Shown here in pieces: positions 9,331 through 17,709 of a stretch of DNA of 32,000 nt. A program made the position numbers and the translations under genes. This stretch comes from Wolbachia endosymbiont of Cimex lectularius (GTDB lineage Bacteria > Pseudomonadota > Alphaproteobacteria > Rickettsiales > Anaplasmataceae). The stretch is taken from positions 30,001 through 62,000 of the forward strand of contig NZ_AP013028.1 of the NCBI RefSeq assembly GCF_000829315.1, given 5' to 3'. How positions within the stretch are numbered: the stretch's first letter is position 1; each line of letters starts with the position of its first letter. Under the pieces are notes generated by a model. It was not told where the DNA came from and searched no databases. It was given only the letters and a program-made list of their open reading frames with translations.

Positions 9331-9760
9331 GACCTCTCGCATATCAAACTAGTTTTGGCATATGCGAAAAAACTACTTGACAAGTTCCTCCAAACCCATT
9401 ATCATGTTATTGGAGCTATTCATTTAGCTTCAATCTGTGCACCTTATGTCTTTATTAATTTTACCTAGACTTCTAGGTTTTTCCCTATACAAGCTGAAAC
9501 GCGCTTATAAGTCGTTTAGGACAGTATAGTACGCCAATTTGCAGGATTAGAGAGTGAGCAACTTCTACCACGGGACTCTTTTGTCTTTTTTTCTGCTTAG
9601 TAAGTTTCTTAGCACTTAAGCTAAGGGTCTGTTGCAGTTTAAAAGTCGCTAAATTGCAGCGTTTAAGACTTAAAAAAACGCCAATACTAAAAATAAATAC
9701 CGACCAGGGTTTCTTTTGCTTTTTTCTCCGTTTAGTAAATTTCTTAAATATTTATTACTA
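9331..9760 (+). repeat. promoter-bearing intergenic element, copy A
   Basis: Aligns by eye with 15574-16010, 28300-28809 and 31711-32000. It has a leader, an A-tract, the promoter, a small inverted repeat and two tandem modules (9490-9612, 9631-9748). No ORF of 60 aa or more. Confidence 0.8.
9377..9405 (+). promoter_or_regulatory. sigma70-type promoter of element copy A
   Basis: TTGACA (9377-9382), 17 nt, TATCAT (9400-9405), with the A-tract aaaaaact directly upstream of the -35. Confidence 0.6.
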
Positions 9761-9774
9761 AAGTAGTATCCAGG

Positions 9775-9797
9775 ATCTCAGTGTCAGCTACTGGGAT
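9775..9797. repeat. short palindromic unit (atctcagt-gtcagct-actgggat)
   Basis: An 8-bp stem (one G-T pair) with a 7-nt loop, at the 3' flank of element copy A. A related unit sits at 28836-28860 after copy C. Confidence 0.5.
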
Positions 9798-9972
9798 GAC
9801 AAGCTACTTGGTGTATTTTTGTATCAGAAAACACTTGCTAAGGCTTTTTGGCCGCTTATAGATAGACTATAGCACTTCGTTTTTTGTAAACTTTCTCTGT
9901 CTTTGGTAATTTGTTTTAACATAGATAAAATAAACTGTGTATTTTTTTTAATAAATTGACTATGCTAAAAAC

Positions 9973-11046
9973 ATGCAAAAACGCTATGCAACTGTTTGTC
10001 TTATATTACTTCTTATAATTGGCACATTACTTTTAGTGCGCCCTATGATTTTTCCATGCTTAATCTCTATCGTTGTTACATATTTATTTAATCCGCTAGT
10101 AGTAAAGTTTGAGGAGTATAGGATACCACGCCTATATTCTGTAATTTTTATAATACTTGTCCTGCTGATGATTTTTGTATTAGCTGTTACATTTGTTTTA
10201 CCTATTGTATATGTTCAAATCACTTCGATATTGAATTTTTTAGTCAGTAAAGCACCTTCGTTAAACCTCAAAGTTATTCCATCTGTGTTAGAATTTCTCA
10301 ATATAAAAACAGAAGATGGTTTGCTTGATCACTTATCTGAAAGTCTAGCAAAAAATTACGGCGATTATATATCTTATTTCGTAAATGCCTTCGATATTAC
10401 CAGTAATTTTATAATCCAGGTGTTAAGCTCGAGCTTTAGCTTGATTCATACAGTATCATTAGTGGTAATCACTCCGGTGATGTTCTTTTATGTATTGCGT
10501 GATTGGCCTTTGATTGTAACAAAAGTTAGTGAATTAGTCCCTGTTCCTTACAGAGAAAAAGTTGCAGATTACTTTTCAAAAGTGGATTTTATTGTATCTA
10601 ACTACCTAAAAGGACAGGCGAATGTATGTATTTTTATGATGATTTTTTACTCTGTAGGCCTTAGTATAATCGGGTTGAAACATTCTGTTGCTATTGGAAT
10701 TTTGTCAGGAGCACTAACATTTATACCTTATATAGGGCCATTATTATATACTATCATTGGGTTTTTGAGCGCTGTGACTCAATTCAGTGGATGGTTTGAA
10801 AGCACTGCTATTTTAATATTATTTGGTGTTGGACAGTTGATGGATGCAAATATACTGGTTCCTTTATTGATAGGAAAAAAAGTCCATATACATCCGGCTG
10901 TAATTATTCTTGGAGTTACCGTATGTGCTTCATATTTTGGATTTATGGGTATATTACTTTTTGTTCCAATAATAGCAATATTTTATGTATCAGTGGAATG
11001 TATAACCGATAAATATCTTAAAAGTGAGTTTTATAGAAATGGCTAA
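9973..11046 (+). CDS. AI-2E family transporter (PerM/UPF0118 permease)
   Basis: 357 aa, a polytopic membrane protein. Length and hydrophobic profile are typical of the PerM family. Confidence 0.75.
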   Translation: MQKRYATVCLILLLIIGTLLLVRPMIFPCLISIVVTYLFNPLVVKFEEYRIPRLYSVIFIILVLLMIFVLAVTFVLPIVYVQITSILNFLVSKAPSLNLKVIPSVLEFLNIKTEDGLLDHLSESLAKNYGDYISYFVNAFDITSNFIIQVLSSSFSLIHTVSLVVITPVMFFYVLRDWPLIVTKVSELVPVPYREKVADYFSKVDFIVSNYLKGQANVCIFMMIFYSVGLSIIGLKHSVAIGILSGALTFIPYIGPLLYTIIGFLSAVTQFSGWFESTAILILFGVGQLMDANILVPLLIGKKVHIHPAVIILGVTVCASYFGFMGILLFVPIIAIFYVSVECITDKYLKSEFYRNG

Positions 11047-11141
11047 CAGGTTTTTTGCATTGTAATAAGGAAAGGGAATACCTGATGTACTCAAGGAGAG
11101 TAAGTAAATTTTGACGTAAAAGTTACCGTCAGGAACACAAA

Positions 11142-11786
11142 ATGTCTAGTGTGCAATTAAATTTATTTAGCAACAATCAAGCTGATTATAGCCGGCAAAA
11201 CTTCATCATCTTAGATGAAAATAAACATGTGTACCACTCAGTCATTGATAATTTATCCTGGAAATGTTTGATCCTTTTTGGACCTAAAAGCTCTGGTAAA
11301 ACTCATCTTGCTCACATTTGGCAATCGATGAACGATGCAATCTTTATCAATGTGAACAATTTTATAAGCGAGATTAGATATAGCAACGCTTTTATTTTAG
11401 AAGATATACAAAACGTTCAAGATGAAGCAATGTTACTGCATTGTTATAACTATATGAAAGAAAATAACAAGAGATTGCTTATTACTTCTTCGACTTCACC
11501 AAACAAGCTTAATTTTAAGTTGAAAGATTTAAGTTCTCGCATATTATCAACCATCAGCGTAAAAATTCCATCAGCGAGTGAGGAATTGTTAAGGATTATG
11601 TTGATGAAACGGTTTTCAGATAAACAGTTGAAAATTGATTTGAAAGTAATTGATTATATTTTGGCAAGGGTGGAGCGTTCTTTTTACAGCATTAGTGAAA
11701 TTATAGAAAAGATAGATGATGAATCTATGGGATCAAATGTTACCCTTCCTTTTATTAGCGCTTTATTGAAAAGAGATACTATGTGA
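11142..11786 (+). CDS. hda: DnaA regulatory inactivator Hda-like AAA+ protein
   Basis: 214 aa. Walker A FGPKSSGKTHLAHIW in a short DnaA domain III-like protein. Confidence 0.7.
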   Translation: MSSVQLNLFSNNQADYSRQNFIILDENKHVYHSVIDNLSWKCLILFGPKSSGKTHLAHIWQSMNDAIFINVNNFISEIRYSNAFILEDIQNVQDEAMLLHCYNYMKENNKRLLITSSTSPNKLNFKLKDLSSRILSTISVKIPSASEELLRIMLMKRFSDKQLKIDLKVIDYILARVERSFYSISEIIEKIDDESMGSNVTLPFISALLKRDTM

Positions 11787-11986
11787 TTTCTTCTTTTAAC
11801 AGAGCATATATACTAAAAATTTATTAACACCTGTAGCACTAATACAAGAGTTACCATTTAGTTGTGCTAGTGCTATAAAAACATTATATTATAATGAATA
11901 TGAGTAGATACGACCAAGAAGTGGTATATTATAGCAAAACTCACTTTACAGGATGCTTTCTACAGATTTGATGTTATAATTTAACT

Positions 11987-12172
11987 ATGGTAAGAATAAG
12001 ATCAAATCTAAAAAAAAAATTAGGACGAAGGTTTATTATACTTATTCTATTGGTAAATGTTTTGTTTATCTCGTATTTTTTATTAAGAAATACGAGTAGC
12101 ATTTCCAATCAAACTATAGTCAAAGAAATAAATATAGGAGCTGATAATGAAAAGAGAACAGTTACAGAATAA
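11987..12172 (+). CDS. possible small membrane protein (61 aa)
   Basis: Basic N-terminus followed by one hydrophobic helix (RRFIILILLVNVLFISYFLL). It overlaps the xerD start by 26 nt in another frame and has no clear RBS. It may simply be 5' UTR. Confidence 0.2.
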   Translation: MVRIRSNLKKKLGRRFIILILLVNVLFISYFLLRNTSSISNQTIVKEINIGADNEKRTVTE

Positions 12173-13133
12173 AAAAGAGAATCTTTACATAACGTATTAC
12201 ATAGATACTTTGGTGTCAGAAAGGTCTGCTACACAAAATACTTTAGAAAGTTATCGTTCAGACTTACGTCAACTTGAAGATTTTTTATTGGAAAGCGGTA
12301 CTACTTTAGTCAACGCAAGCAAAACTAATATTAAAGATTATGTGAAATCTCTATGCACACAAAAGAAATATAAAAGTAGTTCTGTATCAAGAAAGATATC
12401 TGCTATGAAAAATTTTTATAAGTGCCTATTTAATGATGGAATAATAGATTTCAATCCAGCTCCAGCTAATGATGATGAATTGAAAAATCCAAAAGTTTCT
12501 CGTCCTTTGCCAAAATATTTGAGCGTCAAAGAAATGTTCTTGTTAATGGATGCAGTCAGAAAATCAGCAAGTGGATCGAATAAAGAAATAAACGGTAGAA
12601 GGTTATGCGCTATTTTAGACATACTTTACTCTTCCGGCATGCGTATTTCTGAACTGATTAATATGAAGTTATGTGAGGTGTCACACTTAGCAAACAGTAA
12701 TGACAAAGAAAGTTATATAATAATAAAAGGAAAAAGTGGTAAAGAGAGGCAAATTCTTTTTAATGAACAAGCGCTGCGAAGCCTTAGAAATTATTTATCA
12801 GTTCGTAACAATCTGATTCCTGACGGACAGGAGTCTGATTGGCTGTTTCCAGGTAATAGACCTAATAAGCCGATTACTAGGCAGAGAATCGGTCAATTAA
12901 TTAAGGAATTAGCAAGAAAATGTAATATTGATGAAAATAAAATCTCTCCACATGTGATTAGACATTCTTTTGCTACCCATCTGCTGGATAGTGGAGCAAG
13001 CATTGTGCTGATACAAAAAGTTCTTGGTCATACTAACCTTTCTACAACACAAATATATACTCATGTTGTTAACAAAAAATTGAAGGACAAATTAGCTGAC
13101 TCACATCCTATCACTCAGACAATCAGTAGTTAA
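12147..13133 (+). CDS. xerD: site-specific tyrosine recombinase XerD (XerC/D family)
   Basis: 328 aa. Core-binding domain TLESYRSDLRQLEDFL. Catalytic motifs GMRISEL, HVIRHSFATHLL and TQIYTHV. Confidence 0.85.
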   Translation: MKREQLQNKKENLYITYYIDTLVSERSATQNTLESYRSDLRQLEDFLLESGTTLVNASKTNIKDYVKSLCTQKKYKSSSVSRKISAMKNFYKCLFNDGIIDFNPAPANDDELKNPKVSRPLPKYLSVKEMFLLMDAVRKSASGSNKEINGRRLCAILDILYSSGMRISELINMKLCEVSHLANSNDKESYIIIKGKSGKERQILFNEQALRSLRNYLSVRNNLIPDGQESDWLFPGNRPNKPITRQRIGQLIKELARKCNIDENKISPHVIRHSFATHLLDSGASIVLIQKVLGHTNLSTTQIYTHVVNKKLKDKLADSHPITQTISS

Positions 13134-13188
13134 ACTTATTGTTTTTAATTTGCAGTAGAGCTAAACTCAAGTAAGTTTATCTGAGTTT

Positions 13189-13914
13189 ATGATTTCAGGC
13201 TTATTGTTTAATTTTTTTCTTATATTATGGGAGGTGCTCTATACTTCAATTGCTCTTCCTATACTCTTCTTTCCTGCACGCATAATAACTATTTTCCTTG
13301 CTTGCTCAGTAAAGGTTGTATTGTTTATGCTTCGTTTATTATGTGGAGTTGAATATGCAATTAAGGGGATAGAAAATATCCCAAAGCAGCCATTTATAAT
13401 TGCTTCTAAGCACCAATCTCCGCTTGAAACATTTATTTTTATACTTTTATTTAGAAACGTAGTTTTTATTTTAAAACGTGAACTGAAGTGGATTCCATTT
13501 ATTGGTTTGCACCTCATGGCGCTTAGGATGATTTTTATTAACCGCTTGGATGGTATCAGCTCTATACGCTATATCGTTAAGTTAGCTAAGATGCGCATAA
13601 AAGAAAATAGAAGCATAATAATATTTCCTGAAGGCACCAGAACAGCTGCAAAACAAAAAGCAAAATATCGACCAGGTGTCGCAGCTTTATATAGCGTATT
13701 ATCTGTTCCTGTATTACCAGTTGCTTTAAATACCGGTTTATTTTGGCCAAAGAGTATACTTTCTATAAGAAAAAATCCCGGGAAGGCAATAATAGAGATA
13801 TTACCTCCGATATACCCTGGGTTAAGTAGAGATGAATTCTTGAGAAATTTAGAAAAAGCTATTGAAGAAAAAAGTAGCGAATTGGCTGCAGAAAAAACTA
13901 GTATTGCAAATTAG
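13189..13914 (+). CDS. plsC: 1-acyl-sn-glycerol-3-phosphate acyltransferase
   Basis: 241 aa with an N-terminal TM segment and acyltransferase motifs KHQSPLE and FPEGTR. Confidence 0.85.
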   Translation: MISGLLFNFFLILWEVLYTSIALPILFFPARIITIFLACSVKVVLFMLRLLCGVEYAIKGIENIPKQPFIIASKHQSPLETFIFILLFRNVVFILKRELKWIPFIGLHLMALRMIFINRLDGISSIRYIVKLAKMRIKENRSIIIFPEGTRTAAKQKAKYRPGVAALYSVLSVPVLPVALNTGLFWPKSILSIRKNPGKAIIEILPPIYPGLSRDEFLRNLEKAIEEKSSELAAEKTSIAN

Positions 13915-13964
13915 TGAAAAAATTCTATAATAAGGAAAGAGTACAGTGTTTTAGGTATTAATGT

Positions 13965-14234
13965 ATGGCGAATCATAAGAGTGCTAAAAAAATGATAAAG
14001 GTAATAGCGAAGCGCACTTTGGTAAATAAAATGCGCAAAAGTAAAACCCGCACTGCTATTAGGAAATTGGTTGATATAATTAAGTCTGGTGATAAAGAAA
14101 ATGTCATTATAGCATTTCGAAACGCTGAATCTAATTTGCACAAGTGTGTGAATAAAGGTGTTATTCATAAAAACACTGCTGCACGTAAAATAAGTCGCTT
14201 AAATGCAAAAGTAAAAGCGTTGATGACTGCTTAG
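13965..14234 (+). CDS. rpsT: 30S ribosomal protein S20
   Basis: 89 aa, very basic, with the MANHKSAKKMIK start typical of S20. Confidence 0.92.
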   Translation: MANHKSAKKMIKVIAKRTLVNKMRKSKTRTAIRKLVDIIKSGDKENVIIAFRNAESNLHKCVNKGVIHKNTAARKISRLNAKVKALMTA

Positions 14235-14311
14235 TGTGGTTAATCTAAAGTTAACTAGGTTAATATATACTCCTCGGTTTGTATGCTTTGTATAGAATTT
14301 GAGTGACCTAA

Positions 14312-15565
14312 GTGATGGATAAAAAAGCGTTATTAGAATTAAGCAATGGATTAAAGATTGAGCTACCCATATTAAACGGAACAATAGGTCCTGATGTATT
14401 AAACATTAAGGATTTGTACAGGACAACAGGGTTGCTTACTTATGATCCAGGGTTTGTTTCCACAGCTTCGTGTTCTTCCGCAATTACATTCATTGATGGA
14501 GATGAAGGGGTTCTTAAGTATAGGGGACATAGTATAGCTGATTTAGCAGAGAATAATGATTTTACTGCTGTAATTTACCTATTACTCTATGGTGAGTTAC
14601 CTAATTTAGAGCAACACAAAAAGTTTCTTTTGAAAATAGAGGAATTATCTAAAGTGCCAGAGCAGGTTGTAAACGTAGTTAAAGCATTTCCAAAAACTGC
14701 TCACCCTATGTCGATTTTGATTGCATGTTTTGCGAGTTTGTCAGCACTTTACCACGAGAGACATGGCAACAACGTCAATAGTGAAGATCTAGATTTTGGA
14801 ATTTCTGCAATAGCGCAAGTTCCTGCAATTGTTGCAATGATATACAGGCATATCAACAATCAGGAATTCATAAATGCCAACAATGAATTGAGCTATAGTG
14901 AAAATTTCTTAAGGATGATGTTTGGCGATGCTTTTGATAATGATAAAAGTGCCCTTTTTGCAAAAGCTCTGGATAAAATATTTACTCTTCATGCTGACCA
15001 TGAACAAAATGCTTCTACAGCGGCTGTCAGGTTGGTGGGATCAGCCGGTTCTAGCTTGTTTGCAAGCCTCTCTGCAGGAGTTGCTACACTTTGGGGACCA
15101 GCGCATGGTGGTGCTAACGAGGCAGTTATAAATATGCTAAAGGAGATAGAGCAAAGTGGAGATATAGATAAGTTCATTGAAAAAGCTAAAGATGATAAAG
15201 ATCCATTCAAATTGATGGGGTTTGGTCATCGTGTTTACAAAAATTATGATCCACGCGCACGCATATTGAAGGACGCCTGTAATGAGGTTTTGGGTAAACT
15301 GGAACAAAGTAGTGAACTGCTCAAGATTGCAAAAAGACTTGAGGAAATAGCTTTAAAGGATGAGTATTTTGTTGTGCGCAAGCTATATCCGAACGTTGAT
15401 TTTTACTCAGGTATAATAATGAACGCTATTGATATTCCTTCGAATATGTTTACGCCTATTTTCGCACTTGCAAGAACTACTGGTTGGGTTACTCAGTGGT
15501 ATGAAATGGCAAATGACAAAGAAACTAAAATCAGCAGACCAAGGCAGCTCTATATTGGTAAATAA
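14312..15565 (+). CDS. gltA: citrate synthase
   Basis: 417 aa. Signature GFGHRVYKNYDPR and the HADHEQNAST active-site region. Confidence 0.95.
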   Translation: MMDKKALLELSNGLKIELPILNGTIGPDVLNIKDLYRTTGLLTYDPGFVSTASCSSAITFIDGDEGVLKYRGHSIADLAENNDFTAVIYLLLYGELPNLEQHKKFLLKIEELSKVPEQVVNVVKAFPKTAHPMSILIACFASLSALYHERHGNNVNSEDLDFGISAIAQVPAIVAMIYRHINNQEFINANNELSYSENFLRMMFGDAFDNDKSALFAKALDKIFTLHADHEQNASTAAVRLVGSAGSSLFASLSAGVATLWGPAHGGANEAVINMLKEIEQSGDIDKFIEKAKDDKDPFKLMGFGHRVYKNYDPRARILKDACNEVLGKLEQSSELLKIAKRLEEIALKDEYFVVRKLYPNVDFYSGIIMNAIDIPSNMFTPIFALARTTGWVTQWYEMANDKETKISRPRQLYIGK

Positions 15566-15573
15566 ACCTTCAT

Positions 15574-16010
15574 GAGACCTCTCACATAGTTTCTAGCAGC
15601 GCGCTAGGCGTATAACAACCGTCATTCAATAGAAACAAAAAACTACTTGACAACCTTCACCAACCCTGTTATTATGAGACTGAAGCTATTTGTTTAACTT
15701 CCCAATCTGTGCACTGCATGTCTTTTTAAAACTTCGGGGTTTTTACCCATACAAGCTGAAACGCGCTTATAAGTCGTTTAAGACATCACCCAACGCCGGA
15801 TTTTAAAATAGAGAGTGAAATAACTAGCTACCTCGGGGTTTTATTGTCTTTTTCTTCTGCCTGGTAAATTTCTTAAATATTATAGCTTAGACTAGTTGCG
15901 TTTAAAAGCAGCTAAATTGCAGCGTTTAAGGCATAAAAACGCCAATACTAAAAATAAATACCGACCGGGGCTTCTTTTGCTTTTTTTCTTCGCTTGGTAA
16001 ATTTCTTAAG
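15574..16010 (+). repeat. promoter-bearing intergenic element, copy B
   Basis: Same architecture as copy A, with modules at about 15752-15876 and 15895-16010. Module 2 is nearly identical to module 2 of copy A. Confidence 0.8.
15647..15675 (+). promoter_or_regulatory. sigma70-type promoter of element copy B
   Basis: TTGACA (15647-15652), 17 nt, TATTAT (15670-15675), with an upstream A-tract. Confidence 0.6.
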
Positions 16011-16222
16011 CATGAAGGTTATACCAATTTTCGTTATCAAACAAGATACATAATAAATTCGCTAAATCTCTCATCGTAGGGAAACTTTTTATTTACCATT
16101 GGGATTTGGTATAATGATGTACCAAGACATTACCTTTAACTGTTGCCTTATGTTTGATATACGGACCATTGATTAGCAGGGAAATTGTTTTACTTTTATG
16201 ATTTTCATGTTAAAGTATAACC

Positions 16223-16568
16223 CTAGGTGAAATAAGTAGCTGCTGTTGTGTGATAAGCACAGCAGAGGAAAGTCCGGGCTCCAAGGAAAAATAGTGACGG
16301 GTAACGCCCGCCGGGGGTAACTCCAGTTATAGGGCTACAGAAAATTACCGCCTAAAGTATTTTAGGTAAGGGTGAAAAGGTGTGGTAAGAGCACACCATA
16401 ACAATGGCAACATTGGTAGTCGAGTAACCAACACTAGGAGCAAGATTAAATAAGAGTAGACCTTATGTTTTTCTTCATATCTACTCGGGTAAATCGCAAG
16501 TAGTAAATGGTAACATTTACTCCAGATAAATAGCTACATAAACAGAACCCGGCTTATATTTCACCTAG
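16223..16568 (+). ncRNA. rnpB: RNase P RNA (bacterial type A)
   Basis: Contains GAGGAAAGTCCGGGCTCC and the 3' partner ACAGAACCCGGCTTA (the P4 strands). The terminal P1 helix pairs ctaggtgaaataag with cttatatttcacctag. About 346 nt. Confidence 0.92.
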
Positions 16569-16615
16569 ACACTCACATAAATATCAATTATGCCGTATTC
16601 AAATGTATAAGCACT

Positions 16616-17386
16616 TTATGCATTGTCTTTTACTTGTTCTGCTTGATAGCCACCACTATTCTCACCTACATTGGCATTAGAATATTCCTCTTCATCAACA
16701 TACTCTTTCAGAACATACCCTCTGCCCCAAATGGTCTCTATATGGCTTTTTCCATCATTTGCACTTTCAAGTTTCTTACGCAACTTGCACATAAAGACAT
16801 CAACTATTTTGTTATCTGAAGGTTCATCTAAACCATTGTAGAGATGATTTAAAAACATTTCCTTTGTTAGTACTGTTCCTTTACGTAATGCTAGTAACTC
16901 TATCATAGAATATTCTTTATTAGTCAGATGAACCGTTTTACCTTTTACCTCAACAATCCTATGATCAAAATTGATATTTATATTACCAATTTTTATCACT
17001 GATTCAGGATGACCTTTAGTACGACGTATTATTGCCTTTATTCGAGCAAGTAGCTCACTTTTATGGAATGGTTTAGTTAAGTAATCATCAGCACCGTATC
17101 CAAGTCCCTTAGCTTTCTGATTAACGGCTGATATGCACGAAAGTATCAGGACAGGAACTTTAATTTTTGCACTTCTTAGTCTTAACAATATATCATATCC
17201 ATCAATATCACCGGGCAAGTGTATATCTAGAATAACTAGGTCATAGTGATCTCCATTTGAGGAAACTATATTATTGTTGTAGTCTTGCGCAGAAGTCACA
17301 ACATCACAAAAGTGCCCATCAGAAGTTAAAGCGTTAACCACAGTCTTTGCACTTACTTGATCATCTTCAATTAGTAATATACGCAT
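16616..17386 (-). CDS. ctrA: OmpR-family response regulator, most likely cell-cycle regulator CtrA
   Basis: 256 aa. Receiver domain (LVILDIHLPG, LTKPF) plus a winged-helix output domain (TIWGRGYVL). Calling it CtrA rests on the small two-component repertoire known for Rickettsiales. Confidence 0.7.
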   Translation of the reverse strand: MRILLIEDDQVSAKTVVNALTSDGHFCDVVTSAQDYNNNIVSSNGDHYDLVILDIHLPGDIDGYDILLRLRSAKIKVPVLILSCISAVNQKAKGLGYGADDYLTKPFHKSELLARIKAIIRRTKGHPESVIKIGNININFDHRIVEVKGKTVHLTNKEYSMIELLALRKGTVLTKEMFLNHLYNGLDEPSDNKIVDVFMCKLRKKLESANDGKSHIETIWGRGYVLKEYVDEEEYSNANVGENSGGYQAEQVKDNA

Positions 17387-17612
17387 ATTTTACACCCCGT
17401 AAGTAATTTATAATTTTAGTAATATATATAACTAAGGAAAGTAACAAATCAAACTTTTATTAACAAATGGTCAAAACTACTAGTAATAGATATACCATTC
17501 CAAAATTATATAAATAGATCTAAAACATAATAGATATACTATATATCATAAGAATAACATTATTTTTAGTAAATATTGAGTTAAAACTATTATTACTAAA
17601 AGAATACTTAGG

Positions 17613-17628
17613 TTAATAAATATTTAAC
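17613..17628. promoter_or_regulatory. candidate CtrA box TTAA-N7-TTAAC
   Basis: TTAATAAATATTTAAC lies in the ctrA/gpsA divergent intergenic region. I roughly estimate about 0.2 chance matches in a region this AT-rich. Confidence 0.25.
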
Positions 17629-17709
17629 TATTTTATATACCTGTGTTATATTTTTAATTTACTTATCCTACCATTCTAAAGTATAAGTAATACTTTTTAG
17701 GGGCATTGT

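Noticed and set aside
9490-9748. The tandem modules as a CRISPR array
   Set aside because: There are only two units per locus. The units are ~120 bp and degenerate rather than being short exact repeats with unique spacers. No cas genes are in the window.
9331-9760. The element family as a MITE or IS remnant
   Set aside because: The two ends (gacctctc...catag versus ...gtaaatttcttaaatat) show no terminal inverted repeats. I could see no flanking target-site duplications and no similarity to the IS5-family element in this window.
15948-16013. Mini-ORFs inside the elements, for example minus-strand MLKKFTKRRKKAKEAPVGIYF in copy B and + strand MCTSCLYKLSRVLPNIS at 28481-28534 in copy C
   Set aside because: Start codons are missing in the other copies (ATA or CTG at the same position). 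Length differences in the A/T runs shift the frame between copies, so conservation is at the nucleotide level and not the protein level.
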